Part shown: piece after piece, positions 52,131-62,033 of the stretch | Layout: each line of letters begins with the position of its first letter | How positions within the stretch are numbered: position 1 is the stretch's first letter | NCBI GenBank assembly: GCA_965207025.1 | Contig: OZ242258.1 | Location: forward strand, 1,061,699 to 1,125,698 | Source: Dehalococcoidia bacterium | GTDB taxonomy: Bacteria > Chloroflexota > Dehalococcoidia > Lucifugimonadales > UBA3495 | Reading direction: 5' to 3' | DNA length: 64,000 nt | Position numbers and translations under genes: made by a program | The notes under the pieces: generated by a model | What the model was told of the DNA's origin: nothing | Seen by the model: only the letters and a program-made list of their open reading frames with translations | The model's database searches: none

Positions 52131-52155
52131 TATCAGTTTCCGGTTCCCGCAGAAT

Positions 52156-53034
52156 TCAGTTGCCTCGTCCGAACCAGTCGGGGTGGACGGCTTGTAGGCC
52201 AAGTTGCGGCCATGCCGCCGGCGCGCCGCACTTTTCCAGCCGTTGCGACAGCTGCAAGGATTCGTCCCAGTAGTAGGCGATGATACGCCGGCCGTTCCAG
52301 TCGCTGGCGTCGTCGGATGCAATCCACACTACCGGGGCCTGCATCACTTCGGGCTGGATCAGGGCTTCGGCGGAAGCACCTTCCGGGGGCAGCACCATGT
52401 TGGTGGCCGTCGCGCCGCCGGGGGTGAGCACGTTGGCGGTGACTCCGGTGCCCTCCAGGTCCTGGGCCATGATGGCGACCAGGGCCTCGTGGCCGGCTTT
52501 GGACGGGCCGTAGGGCGCGCCGCCCTTGCGCCACATGGTATCCATGCTGGTGGTGACGCCGATGATGCGGCCGAAACCCTGCTCAATCATGTGGCCGGCC
52601 ACGGCGTGGGACATCAGGAAGGGGCCGCTGAGATTCACCGAGATGACCTTCAACCAGGCGTCGGGGGCGATGCTATGGAAGTCGGTGCGACTGCCCGAGG
52701 CGCTGCCACCGAAACCGGCGGTACGGGGATTGATGCCGGCGTTGTTGACCAGGATGTGCAAGCCGCCCATCTCACTGATGGTCTGCTGCACGGCGTTTTG
52801 CACGGATTCGGGATCCGTCACGTCGGCGATAATGGGGAGCACTGCGTCGTCGCCGCCCAGTTCCCGCATATCGTTGGCGGTCTGGTCGAGCCAGTCCTCA
52901 TTGATGTCCAGCATGGCGACGCGGGCGCCAGCTCGCACCAGGCCGGTGGTTATGGAACGGCCCATTCCAATGGGGCTGGCCGCCCCGGTTACGATGGCAA
53001 CTCGGTCTTGCAGGGTGTTTGATGGCATAGTCAT
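52156..53034 (-). CDS. SDR family oxidoreductase
   Basis: VAIVTGAASPIGMG (TGxxxGxG), NNAG and YGPSK (YxxxK), 292 aa. Confidence 0.9.
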   Translation of the reverse strand: MTMPSNTLQDRVAIVTGAASPIGMGRSITTGLVRAGARVAMLDINEDWLDQTANDMRELGGDDAVLPIIADVTDPESVQNAVQQTISEMGGLHILVNNAGINPRTAGFGGSASGSRTDFHSIAPDAWLKVISVNLSGPFLMSHAVAGHMIEQGFGRIIGVTTSMDTMWRKGGAPYGPSKAGHEALVAIMAQDLEGTGVTANVLTPGGATATNMVLPPEGASAEALIQPEVMQAPVVWIASDDASDWNGRRIIAYYWDESLQLSQRLEKCGAPAAWPQLGLQAVHPDWFGRGN

Positions 53035-53142
53035 GGTGATTACCTCATGGTTATTGAGTTCGATGAAGCGGAGAAAACGGTATGATCATAGCGTGTCTTC
53101 AGGCGCATTGCCACGTTGAGCATCCGAACGTGTTCGGCACGG

Positions 53143-53172
53143 TTGCATCCTGTTGTTGGCAACCCATATAAT
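53143..53172 (+). promoter_or_regulatory. Candidate promoter (TTGCAT - 18 nt - TATAAT) for the PHP gene, with upstream inverted repeat CCGAAC-GT-GTTCGG (53124..53137)
   Basis: Located in the divergent 181-nt gap between the SDR start (53034) and TTG 53216. Confidence 0.3.
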
Positions 53173-53215
53173 CGGCTGTTGGCGGCGATAACAATTTGCC
53201 GCCGGGAGGCCGCCC

Positions 53216-53881
53216 TTGACAACGTACCTGGACCTGCATTGCCATTCCGTTGCATCCGACGACTCGCGTGCGACGGTTGAACAGTATTTGAAATTCGTCA
53301 ATGTCCTGCGAAAGCGCGGATACACCATCGACGGAATTGTCCTCACCGAACATCGCAAGTTTGATTTCGATGTGGATTACTCCCAGTTGGCTTCGGAGTA
53401 CGGAGTGATGGTGCTGAAGGGGGCGGAACTGGACACTTGCTTCGGGCACATGCTGGTGTACAACATCACGCCCGGACTGGGCAAGGACATCGACTTTGGA
53501 GATGTGAAAATGGATGGTCGGGAGTTGATCAAGGCGGCCCGGCACCATGGCGGCCTGGTGGTTCCGGCCCATCCGGGGCGATTCGGCATCGGCCTGGTCG
53601 AATACATGGAGCAGGGCGAATCCTTTGACGACGTTTGGATTGTCGAGCGCGTCAACGCCGGCAGCAAGCCGGAGGAAAACGAGCGGGCCGAAGAGCTATG
53701 CCAACGCAACGATTATCTGGGCATCGCTGGCAGCGACGCTCACCTGGCCAGCCATATTGGAAGAGCCGTGACCGAGTTCAAGGCCGATATTCGTAACGAA
53801 CAGCAATTGGTGGAAGCGCTGATCTCCGGCGAATTTCGACCGATGTACATTGAAGAAACCGCAGCCACCCCGGTAGGGTGA
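53216..53881 (+). CDS. PHP-domain metal-dependent phosphoesterase
   Basis: YLDLHCHSVASDD, LTEH, VPAHPGR and GSDAH histidine motifs. TTG start. Confidence 0.8.
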   Translation: MTTYLDLHCHSVASDDSRATVEQYLKFVNVLRKRGYTIDGIVLTEHRKFDFDVDYSQLASEYGVMVLKGAELDTCFGHMLVYNITPGLGKDIDFGDVKMDGRELIKAARHHGGLVVPAHPGRFGIGLVEYMEQGESFDDVWIVERVNAGSKPEENERAEELCQRNDYLGIAGSDAHLASHIGRAVTEFKADIRNEQQLVEALISGEFRPMYIEETAATPVG

Positions 53882-53894
53882 GAGGAGCCGGCAA

Positions 53895-54347
53895 ATGCCC
53901 ACTGAGATTGACTACGAATACGATCACTCGCTGTACGGCGTCGAGCACGAGTCCGGGCCGTTCCACGTGTCCAGGGAAATCATCGACACGTACACCCGCA
54001 GCGTCGGGGAGGACAACCCGATCTACACCGATCCGGAGACTGCCAGAGCCGCCGGCTACGGAGATCAGGTCGCGCCTCCGACGCTCTGCGCATTGTTCGA
54101 GCGCGGCGAGTTGCCGGACATCAAGCTGCAATTTGGTCGCCGGCAATTTCACGGCGGCCAACGGGTGGAACCGAGGGTTCCGATCATCGTAGGCGATACC
54201 CTTACGGCGTCTTCTCACCTCAAGGACGTGTACACCAAAACAGGACGATCCGGCACCATGGTGCACGTCGTATGGGAAACCACGTTCCGCAACCAGGCTG
54301 GAGTAGTGGTTGCCGATGTTCAACGTTCCCAGGTAGTTCGGGAGTGA
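53895..54347 (+). CDS. MaoC-like hot-dog protein, N-terminal (non-catalytic HadA-like) type
   Basis: 150 aa with SVGEDNPIYTDPETARAAGYGDQVAPPT. Confidence 0.78.
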   Translation: MPTEIDYEYDHSLYGVEHESGPFHVSREIIDTYTRSVGEDNPIYTDPETARAAGYGDQVAPPTLCALFERGELPDIKLQFGRRQFHGGQRVEPRVPIIVGDTLTASSHLKDVYTKTGRSGTMVHVVWETTFRNQAGVVVADVQRSQVVRE

Positions 54348-54354
54348 TTTGCAG

Positions 54355-54795
54355 ATGACTGAACCCGCCAAATTGTACTTTGAAGACGTGGAATTGGGAG
54401 ACGAGGTCGGTCCGGTGATCCTCTCGGTTTCCGACGATCAGGTGGTGGACTTTTGCTCCCTATGGGGCAATCCGGCGCCCAACCGTTTCACTGACCAGGA
54501 GCAGGCCGAGAAGATCGGGCTGTCGGAGCCAATCGTACCCGGCATTATGTCCATGGCGCTGGTTTCCCGAGTGCTGACCGACTGGGCCGGCGCCGGGACT
54601 TTGGTCGATCTGGACCTGGTTTTCAGAGGAACGATTCCCCATAACCAGCCGCTGCACGTTGGGCTACAGATCAGCGACACTGAGCAGGATGAATCCGGCA
54701 ACCACGTGCAATGCGACATTACCATGAGGGGCCCGGTTCCCGACCGGCCATACATCATCGGAACCGCCCAACTCGATCTGCCTTCCCGCGCATAA
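54355..54795 (+). CDS. MaoC-like (R)-specific enoyl-CoA hydratase/dehydratase hot-dog protein (HadB-like)
   Basis: GNPAPNRFTDQEQAEKIGLSEPIVPGIM resembles the hydratase motif region. ATG 54355, with TTG 54349 also possible. Confidence 0.78.
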   Translation: MTEPAKLYFEDVELGDEVGPVILSVSDDQVVDFCSLWGNPAPNRFTDQEQAEKIGLSEPIVPGIMSMALVSRVLTDWAGAGTLVDLDLVFRGTIPHNQPLHVGLQISDTEQDESGNHVQCDITMRGPVPDRPYIIGTAQLDLPSRA

Positions 54796-55712
54796 TGCTG
54801 CACAAACTTCGCCAAATCGCCGTGATGGTCAACGACCTGCCGGAGGCGATTGATCTCTATGGCCGCGCGCTTGGCATGGCTCCATCACGGAGCGGCGTGT
54901 TGCCTCAGTTCGGCCTGAAAAACGCCGTGCTTCCGGCTGGCAACGGCACGTTTGTCGAGTTGTTGGCGCCGGACGGAACTGAGTCGGCGGGCGCGAGATT
55001 CTTGCAACGGCGAGGGGAGGCACCCTATCTGATGATATTCGAGACCCGGGAGTACGATCGCCTGATTCCACACTTGCGGCAATGCGGCGTGAGGATCACC
55101 GGTGAAACGGAACACGAGGGTTCTCGGTCCGCGTTCCTTCACCCGGCGTCCTGCAATGGGGCGTTCCTGGAAATAATCGAGGTAACCGATCCGACGAATC
55201 CGTGGCCGGCCGCCGGATCCGATTGGCAGTCGTTGGCGCACCAGTCGGGTACCGTGCAGTTGCGTCAGATGGCCGTGATTGTGCACGACCTGGACGCTGC
55301 CATCGCCCGCTGGAGCGAACTGTTCGGTTTGCAGGCGACCAGAAGGTTCCAGATCAGCTTCACCGATCTGGAGATTGCGGTGCTGCCGCTGGGCGGGCGG
55401 GACACTTTCATCGAACTGGCGCAACCCACCAGTGACGATGCGCCATCCGGCAGGTTCCTGGCGCGATACGGCGAGGGCATCTATCTGACCATATATCAAA
55501 TTGAAGACTCTCTGGCTACGGACGAGCACCTGCAAACGCTGGAGGGAATACGGTTCACAACGTCGCGCCGGACTGACAATTACACCAACCTGGGTTTCAA
55601 CAGCATTTGGCTGCACCCCGCCACCTTCAATGGAACCTTCACCCAGCTTTCCCAGGTGCTTGATTCTGAAAACCCTTGGCCTCCGGCCGGCGACGATTGG
55701 TACAAGGAATAA
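54795..55712 (+). CDS. Two-domain VOC protein (methylmalonyl-CoA epimerase/glyoxalase-like, duplicated)
   Basis: LRQIAVMVNDLPEAIDLY... and a second copy, LRQMAVIVHDLDAAIARW. Each half ends in NPWP.AG.DW. The start overlaps the upstream stop (TAATG). Confidence 0.78.
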   Translation: MLHKLRQIAVMVNDLPEAIDLYGRALGMAPSRSGVLPQFGLKNAVLPAGNGTFVELLAPDGTESAGARFLQRRGEAPYLMIFETREYDRLIPHLRQCGVRITGETEHEGSRSAFLHPASCNGAFLEIIEVTDPTNPWPAAGSDWQSLAHQSGTVQLRQMAVIVHDLDAAIARWSELFGLQATRRFQISFTDLEIAVLPLGGRDTFIELAQPTSDDAPSGRFLARYGEGIYLTIYQIEDSLATDEHLQTLEGIRFTTSRRTDNYTNLGFNSIWLHPATFNGTFTQLSQVLDSENPWPPAGDDWYKE

Positions 55713-55716
55713 CGCC

Positions 55717-56580
55717 ATGCGCTCCCCCACATTGTCGGCAGCGCATGGCCATGCCCATTCGCGTAACGGTCAGACTCACTCGCACGAAGACTATACCCAT
55801 CAGGCGGTTTCCTTCCAGAACGTGTGCGTTGAATACGGGCCTGTGGTGGCGCTGGAAGGGGTGTCGTTCGCGGTAGAGAACGGAAGCTTGTCAGGGATCA
55901 TTGGCCCCAATGGGGGTGGAAAGTCCACATTGCTCAAATCAGTGGTCGGACTGGTAAACCCCAGCCGGGGGCAGGTGCTCGTGGATGGGCGTCCCAGCCA
56001 CCGCATGCGCCGGCGCATTGGGTTCGTTCCGCAGCTGGAACAGGTCGATTGGCATTTCCCGGCGACGGTGTGGGATGTGGTGATGATGGGACTCACTCCA
56101 TCCCGGGGACTTTTCCGTTCGCACAGTAGGGCCAACCGGGAGGCTGCCGCCGAAGCCCTGGGCACGGTCGGGTTGCAAGATCTCCGTCGCCGGGGGATCG
56201 GAGAGCTTTCCGGAGGGCAGCGCCGGCGCGTTCTGCTGGCCCGCGCCATAGCGTCTCACCCATCTCTCCTACTCCTTGACGAGCCGATGACCGGCCTCGA
56301 CCCGACTGCGCAGCACAGTTTTCTGGACATCATTGATGAGTTGCGAGAGGATGGCGCTACGGTCATTATGTGTACTCATAACCTCACCTGCGTTTCGGCG
56401 CGGGCCAGCGACGTGGCGGTAATCAACGGCCGGCTAATCGCCTACGGGCCGCCGGAAGAAGTGCTGCTGGAATCAGTGCTGGCCGACGCATTCGGGCATC
56501 AATTGGTGGTCCACGCATCCGGCGAGGCTCTGGCGTTGCACCACCACGACCACAGCTCAAGATGGCCGGGCCGTTCGTAA
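55717..56580 (+). CDS. ABC transporter ATP-binding protein, metal (Zn/Mn) uptake type, with His-rich termini
   Basis: GPNGGGKSTL Walker A, LSGGQRRRV signature and LLLLDEP Walker B. N-terminal HGHAHSRNGQTHSHEDYTH and C-terminal HHHDHSS. Confidence 0.88.
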   Translation: MRSPTLSAAHGHAHSRNGQTHSHEDYTHQAVSFQNVCVEYGPVVALEGVSFAVENGSLSGIIGPNGGGKSTLLKSVVGLVNPSRGQVLVDGRPSHRMRRRIGFVPQLEQVDWHFPATVWDVVMMGLTPSRGLFRSHSRANREAAAEALGTVGLQDLRRRGIGELSGGQRRRVLLARAIASHPSLLLLDEPMTGLDPTAQHSFLDIIDELREDGATVIMCTHNLTCVSARASDVAVINGRLIAYGPPEEVLLESVLADAFGHQLVVHASGEALALHHHDHSSRWPGRS

Positions 56581-56598
56581 AGCGCATCGGGCGCCGGC

Positions 56599-57165
56599 AT
56601 GGGAATGCGAATTATGCCTAGCGCTGATGTAGTTTTGTTCCCTCCCCCAACTATCCTGCTGTCGGTCGCGGGAATTCAGCACGGGCCGCACTTTGACCCA
56701 ATAGAGATAGCTTTCATATTTGGCGTCGTGATTAGCGTCGCGGTTATATTCTTGCTCGGCATGGGCGCAGGCCTCGGTTGTGCCGCCGCTGCTTTGATCC
56801 GCGGGGCATCCTACGGTAAAAGCGTGTTGATTGGGATGGGCGTAACCACATGCGCCGGCTTGGTCTTGATTTCTAATTGGTTCCTCTTCAGCAGCCGCTC
56901 CCCCCTTGTTGGCGGCACCGTAGTGATCCTGGCCGCCGTTGCTATTCTGGTCATCCTCGTTCATCGAAGCGGCGATCCATCACCCGTAAAAAGGTCATTA
57001 ATGGGGTTCGGCGCAATCATCGGTATCGGTATTGCCTTGTTTGGAACTTCTTTGATCCCCGTTCCCCGCGACAGCCTTCCAATAGTTCTCACCATCATTC
57101 TCGCCGCAACCGTCATTATGGTCGTCTTTGTTCATCGAATCGGACTCAACGCATCGCGCCTATGA
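56599..57165 (+). CDS. Hypothetical polytopic membrane protein
   Basis: 188 aa with about 5-6 hydrophobic segments. It does not look like a ZnuB/MntB-type permease in size or motifs. Confidence 0.5.
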   Translation: MGMRIMPSADVVLFPPPTILLSVAGIQHGPHFDPIEIAFIFGVVISVAVIFLLGMGAGLGCAAAALIRGASYGKSVLIGMGVTTCAGLVLISNWFLFSSRSPLVGGTVVILAAVAILVILVHRSGDPSPVKRSLMGFGAIIGIGIALFGTSLIPVPRDSLPIVLTIILAATVIMVVFVHRIGLNASRL

Positions 57166-57261
57166 ACATCACCTCTGCTAAAATTGGTTGTCCTCTACTC
57201 CAACATCTTCCCCCTCAACTGTAGATTACTACCGATTCTAATCACCCAAAGGAGCCGTTCA

Positions 57262-58110
57262 ATGTATGACCTCAACGGCAAGACAGCCCTGGTAACCGGC
57301 GCCGGCGGGCGTCATGGCATTGGCCGCGCCATCGCAACGCGCCTCGCGTCTGAGGGCGCGGACGTTGTGGTAACTGACGTTGAAGCATCCCTGGACGCCA
57401 TTCGCACCGAAGACCGCCTGGATGGCTGGGAGGGCCTCCCCAGCGTGGTCAAGGAAATTCAGGCGATGGGTCGCCGCAGCATGGGTCTATATTACGACGT
57501 GGCGGACAGCGCGCAGGTGGACGCCATGGTCTCCGACACGCTCAACGAGTTCGGGAAAATCGACATACTGGTGAACAACGCCGGCTCGCGTCCGGGTCGG
57601 GACCGCGTGCTCATAGTGGAGCTTGAGGAGGACGCTTTCGACGAGGTGATGCGCGTCAACGTCCGGGGAACTTACCTGGTCAGCCGCGCAGTTGCCCGGC
57701 ACATGGTAGCTCGGGGCGGGCCGGGCAAGATCATCAACATTTCTTCAGGGGCCGGCAAGCGCGGCATCGCACGATACGGAGCGTATTGCGCCAGCAAATT
57801 TGCGGTGATCGGGTTCACCCAATCGCTGGCACACGAGATGGCGCCCTACCACGTCAACGTCAACGCGATTTGTCCCGGACTGGTGGATACCGAACGGGTT
57901 GACTTCATTGCCGCCGCGCTGGCTCCCGAAGGAACATCCGGCGAGGAACATCGCGCCCTCATGGTCCGTGAGCGGGAGATGCGGGTTCCGCTGGGCCGCA
58001 TCGCGCAGGGCGACGACATCGCCCGAATGGCAGCATTCCTCTCCTCCGCCGAATCCGACTACATGACCGGCCTCAGCATCAGCGTTTCCGGCGGCTCCGA
58101 AATGAGCTAG
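57262..58110 (+). CDS. SDR family oxidoreductase (FabG-like)
   Basis: TALVTGAGGRHGIG, NNAG and YCASK. ATG 57262 is preceded by AAAGGAG. Confidence 0.9.
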   Translation: MYDLNGKTALVTGAGGRHGIGRAIATRLASEGADVVVTDVEASLDAIRTEDRLDGWEGLPSVVKEIQAMGRRSMGLYYDVADSAQVDAMVSDTLNEFGKIDILVNNAGSRPGRDRVLIVELEEDAFDEVMRVNVRGTYLVSRAVARHMVARGGPGKIINISSGAGKRGIARYGAYCASKFAVIGFTQSLAHEMAPYHVNVNAICPGLVDTERVDFIAAALAPEGTSGEEHRALMVREREMRVPLGRIAQGDDIARMAAFLSSAESDYMTGLSISVSGGSEMS

Positions 58111-58154
58111 CCGTGGGGCCGGGCCTGTATAATGGCTAACGGGAAGGCGCCGAT

Positions 58155-58349
58155 ATGGAAACCAAAGCCGACAAAATCGCCAGTATCGCTATGGGAATCA
58201 TATTCCTGATCCTCGGCATCTGGGTGCTCTTTGACTTCCCCAGTGACCGGGAGTTGTATCAGAAGGTCCTGCTGGAAATCGTGGTTTTCGGGTGCAGTCT
58301 GACATGCTTCTCCGTAGCGCTTTTCGGCATCCCCGGATCGCGCAAGTAG
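58155..58349 (+). CDS. Hypothetical small membrane protein
   Basis: 64-aa ORF with two hydrophobic segments. The coding call is tentative. Confidence 0.35.
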   Translation: METKADKIASIAMGIIFLILGIWVLFDFPSDRELYQKVLLEIVVFGCSLTCFSVALFGIPGSRK

Positions 58350-58359
58350 GCCCTGCGAC

Positions 58360-58656
58360 ATGCTGCGCTTTGCCGGCAACCGGGAAGGTCTTGCCGCCGT
58401 ATTTTCCAGCATCGTCGTCCTGGTAGCCATTCCAGTTGCCGTCATCTGGTTTTCACTCGAAGCGGCTACTGTGGCATGGCTAACTGCGGCGGTACTGTTC
58501 GGCGGCGCCTTTGGAGAATTGCGAGACACTTGGAATGGACAGCGACGGTTCAGCCCGGCTCGGGTGTTCTTTCGCACCTTTGAATGGTTGAGCTTGGTCA
58601 CAGCCGGCTACATTGTCCTCTCGGTCATCGGCGGGAACGCTAGCCCATCCTCGTAA
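58360..58656 (+). CDS. Hypothetical small membrane protein
   Basis: 98-aa ORF with three hydrophobic segments. The coding call is tentative. Confidence 0.35.
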   Translation: MLRFAGNREGLAAVFSSIVVLVAIPVAVIWFSLEAATVAWLTAAVLFGGAFGELRDTWNGQRRFSPARVFFRTFEWLSLVTAGYIVLSVIGGNASPSS

Positions 58657-58681
58657 CAAGTATCAGGTTGAACGATAAACC

Positions 58682-58972
58682 ATGCCAATCGACCATACCC
58701 AGGTAGAACACATCGCCGCTCTGGCCCGCATCTCCCTCACCGACGCGGAGACCGAGGTCTTCACCCGCCAACTGTCAGATATTCTCGACCAGTTCGAGAT
58801 TCTGCAAAGCCTGGATACTACCGGCGTATCCCCAACCGCCCACGTCGCCGGCTTGGATAACGTCCTCCGAGACGACGAACCCGCTGACAGCCTCCTCGCC
58901 GACGACACCCTGCTCAACGCTCCGCGACGCCGCGGTGACTTTTTCCAGGTCCGCGCCGTCCTTGACGAATAA
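58682..58972 (+). CDS. gatC: Asp-tRNA(Asn)/Glu-tRNA(Gln) amidotransferase subunit C
   Basis: VEHIAALARISLTDAE..F..QL..IL.. pattern, 96 aa, immediately upstream of gatA. Confidence 0.9.
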   Translation: MPIDHTQVEHIAALARISLTDAETEVFTRQLSDILDQFEILQSLDTTGVSPTAHVAGLDNVLRDDEPADSLLADDTLLNAPRRRGDFFQVRAVLDE

Positions 58973-58978
58973 TCCCCC

Positions 58979-60436
58979 ATGTCCGAACTCTGGCAGCTGT
59001 CCGTAACACGGGCATCACAACTCCTCGCTGACCGCGAAACCAGCAGCGTTGAGCTCACTGAGTCTTTGCTGCAACGAATCACCGACGTGGACGGTCGGTT
59101 GTCCTCTTACATCACCGTAACCGCCGGCGCGGCGCGACAGCAGGCGGAAACGGCGGACCGGCTCATAGCGGCCGGCGAATCCGGCCCGCTCACTGGAATC
59201 CCCATGCAGGTCAAAGACCTGCTCTGTACCAGCGGTGTGCCGACCACTTGCGGGTCCAGGATGCTGGCGGAATATGTACCAGTGTATGACGCCACGGTGG
59301 TGGCGCGGCTGCGTGAGCAGGGGGCGGTGTTGCTGGGCAAGGGAAATATGGACGAGTTCGGAATGGGGTCGTCCACGGAGAACTCCGCCTTCTTTCCTAC
59401 AAGGAATCCCTGGGACGTAGAAAAAGTGCCCGGGGGCAGCAGCGGGGGATCCGCCGCCGCGGTGGCCGCGGGCGCTGCGACCTTCGCGCTGGGAACCGAC
59501 ACCGGCGGCAGCATTCGCCAGCCCGCTTCGTTCTGCGGCATCACCGGGTTGAAGCCCACCTACGGGCGAGTTAGTCGTTATGGGCTGGTAGCGTATGCGT
59601 CGTCTCTGGACCAGGCGGGTCCGCTGGCGCGGGACGCCGCCGACTGCGCGCTCATTTTGCAAGCCATCGCCGGACACGATCGGTATGACGCCACCTCGCT
59701 ACCGGACCCGGTTCCGGAATACGCAGCGGGACTGAACGGAGACATTTCGGGGTTGCGCCTGGGAGTCCCCAGCGAGTATTTCGCCGAGGGAATGGATACC
59801 GGCGTGCGTTCTGCCGTAACATCCGCCATCGAAACCCTGTCGGGGCTGGGAGCTGAGGTGCGGGAAGTATCTTTGCCGACTACCGAGTATGCGTTGGCCT
59901 GCTATTACATCATTGCGCCTTCCGAATGCTCCGCCAACCTGGCCAGGTACGACGGCGTGAAGTACGGTTACTCGCACATGGGCGACGGCGATATGTGGGA
60001 AGCGATGGAACGCACCAGGCAGTACGGATTTGGACCGGAAGTCAAGCGACGGATAATGCTGGGGGCGTTCGCGTTGTCGTCGGGGTACTATGACGCCTAC
60101 TATCACAAGGCCCAGCAGGTGCGGACGTTGATTCGGCAGGACTTCGCCCGGGCTTTCGAGGACGTGGACGCCCTGGTTGGGCCGGTATCGCCGGTGGTTG
60201 CGTTTCCCATCGGGGAACGTTCCGACGACCCGGTGCGGATGTACCTGGTGGACGTCTATACATTGCCGGTGAACATCGCGGGCCTGCCAGCCATGTCCGT
60301 GCCCTGTGGATTCAGCGACGGAATGCCGGTGGGCTTGCAATTGATTGGCCCGCATCTGGCGGAGGGCAGCCTGCTGAACATCGCGCACGCCTACCAGCAG
60401 GCGACGAATTGGCACCGGGAGCGGCCGGTGATCTAA
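58979..60436 (+). CDS. gatA: Asp-tRNA(Asn)/Glu-tRNA(Gln) amidotransferase subunit A (amidase signature)
   Basis: GIPMQVKDL, GGSSGGSAAAVAAG and GTDTGGSIRQPASFCG amidase signature. Confidence 0.95.
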   Translation: MSELWQLSVTRASQLLADRETSSVELTESLLQRITDVDGRLSSYITVTAGAARQQAETADRLIAAGESGPLTGIPMQVKDLLCTSGVPTTCGSRMLAEYVPVYDATVVARLREQGAVLLGKGNMDEFGMGSSTENSAFFPTRNPWDVEKVPGGSSGGSAAAVAAGAATFALGTDTGGSIRQPASFCGITGLKPTYGRVSRYGLVAYASSLDQAGPLARDAADCALILQAIAGHDRYDATSLPDPVPEYAAGLNGDISGLRLGVPSEYFAEGMDTGVRSAVTSAIETLSGLGAEVREVSLPTTEYALACYYIIAPSECSANLARYDGVKYGYSHMGDGDMWEAMERTRQYGFGPEVKRRIMLGAFALSSGYYDAYYHKAQQVRTLIRQDFARAFEDVDALVGPVSPVVAFPIGERSDDPVRMYLVDVYTLPVNIAGLPAMSVPCGFSDGMPVGLQLIGPHLAEGSLLNIAHAYQQATNWHRERPVI

Positions 60437-60535
60437 TGGTTTGCCGGGGGCAGGGTTTCCGGAAAGTGCGGCCCGCCGGCGCGGATTGCGTGTGCTAGAA
60501 TCCCGTTACCAGTCGGTATAGGAGGGTCTCCCAAC

Positions 60536-61939
60536 ATGCCTGCTCCGCAACGTACACGCATCAAAGATCTCCTTTCCGTTGAGCGGTTGGAAGATGCTCC
60601 GGATCAAGTTGCCGTGAACGGTTGGGTAAAGACCGTGCGTTCGTCGGGAGGCGTCTCCTTCGTGCAGATCAACGACGGGTCGAGCCTGGCGGACTTGCAA
60701 CTGGTGGTGGACGTGAACTGTCCCGACTACGCACTGGTTGATCGCCTGACCACCGGTTGCAGCGTCAGCGCAGACGGGACATTGCAGGAATCCCCAGGAC
60801 GCGGCCAGAAGTATGAAATAGCGGCGCGTTCTCTCACGCTGCTGGGCGGGGCCGACCCTGAAGATTATCCATTGCAAAAGAAACGCCACACCCTGGAGTT
60901 TCTGCGAGAGTTGGCGCATTTGCGCCCGCGCACCAATACGTTCGGGGCCGTGGCGCGCGTTCGCAACGCGATGGCGTTCGGTATTCACCGGTTCTTCCAG
61001 GAGCGGGGATTCCTTTACATCCAGACTCCGATTATCACCGCCAGCGACGCTGAGGGTGCCGGAGCAATGTTTCGGGCGACCACCCTGGACCTGGACAACC
61101 TGCCCACCCAGGATGGACGTGTGGACAACGGCGCTGATTTCTTTGGTCGGCCCGCGTTCCTCACGGTGAGTGGGCAATTGGAGGCGGAGATATTCGCGCA
61201 GGCCATGTCCGACGTGTACACGTTCGGCCCCACGTTCCGCGCCGAAAATTCCAACACCTCCCGGCACTTGGCCGAGTTCTGGATGGTGGAGCCGGAAGTC
61301 GCCTTCTGCGACCTGGACGGCCTGGCACAGCTGGCGGAAGACTTCCTGCGCTACATCTTCGCCCACCTGCTGGATACGTGCCCGGAGGACATGACGTTCT
61401 TCAACCGCTTTTACGATAAGGAGCTGATCACGACGTTAGAAGACATCGCCAACTCGGACTTTGAGCGGATGACTTACACGGAGGCGGTCAGGATTCTGGA
61501 GGAATCGGGCGAGTCCTTCGAATTTCCCGTGCGTTGGGGCGCGGATTTGCAGTCGGAACACGAGCGGTACATCACGGAACGCAAAGTCGGCCGGCCAGTT
61601 ATTGTCACGGACTATCCCAGCGCAATCAAAGCGTTCTATATGAGGCTGAACAACGACGGTGAGACGGTGCGGGCGATGGACGTGTTGGTGCCCCGCATCG
61701 GCGAGATAATCGGGGGAAGTCAACGCGAGGAGCGGCTGGACGTGCTGCAAAGCCGGATGGCCGAAGCAGGTTTGGACGACGCCCCGTACTGGTGGTACCT
61801 GGATCTGCGCCGCTATGGGACCACACCGCACGCGGGGTTCGGGCTGGGGTTTGAGCGCACGGTGCAATTTGCCACCGGGATGCAGAACATACGGGACATC
61901 ATAGCGTTCCCACGCACGCCCCGCAGCGCCGAATTCTAA
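60536..61939 (+). CDS. asnS: Asparagine--tRNA ligase
   Basis: [42 protein letters not shown] and [10 protein letters not shown] class II motifs. Confidence 0.92.
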   Translation: MPAPQRTRIKDLLSVERLEDAPDQVAVNGWVKTVRSSGGVSFVQINDGSSLADLQLVVDVNCPDYALVDRLTTGCSVSADGTLQESPGRGQKYEIAARSLTLLGGADPEDYPLQKKRHTLEFLRELAHLRPRTNTFGAVARVRNAMAFGIHRFFQERGFLYIQTPIITASDAEGAGAMFRATTLDLDNLPTQDGRVDNGADFFGRPAFLTVSGQLEAEIFAQAMSDVYTFGPTFRAENSNTSRHLAEFWMVEPEVAFCDLDGLAQLAEDFLRYIFAHLLDTCPEDMTFFNRFYDKELITTLEDIANSDFERMTYTEAVRILEESGESFEFPVRWGADLQSEHERYITERKVGRPVIVTDYPSAIKAFYMRLNNDGETVRAMDVLVPRIGEIIGGSQREERLDVLQSRMAEAGLDDAPYWWYLDLRRYGTTPHAGFGLGFERTVQFATGMQNIRDIIAFPRTPRSAEF

Positions 61940-62033
61940 TTGACGGTGTACTTAGCACACCATATAATGCCGGCCTGATTATTTTGCACTAACGCAGCGC
62001 CGGGAGCGGCGCTTATGTCAAGGAGTCGCCAGA

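Noticed and set aside
58107-58601. 164-aa minus-strand ORF between the SDR and gatC
   Set aside because: It has no motifs and overlaps the SDR stop. The plus-strand small hydrophobic ORFs fit the co-directional operon better, and none of the three is strongly supported.
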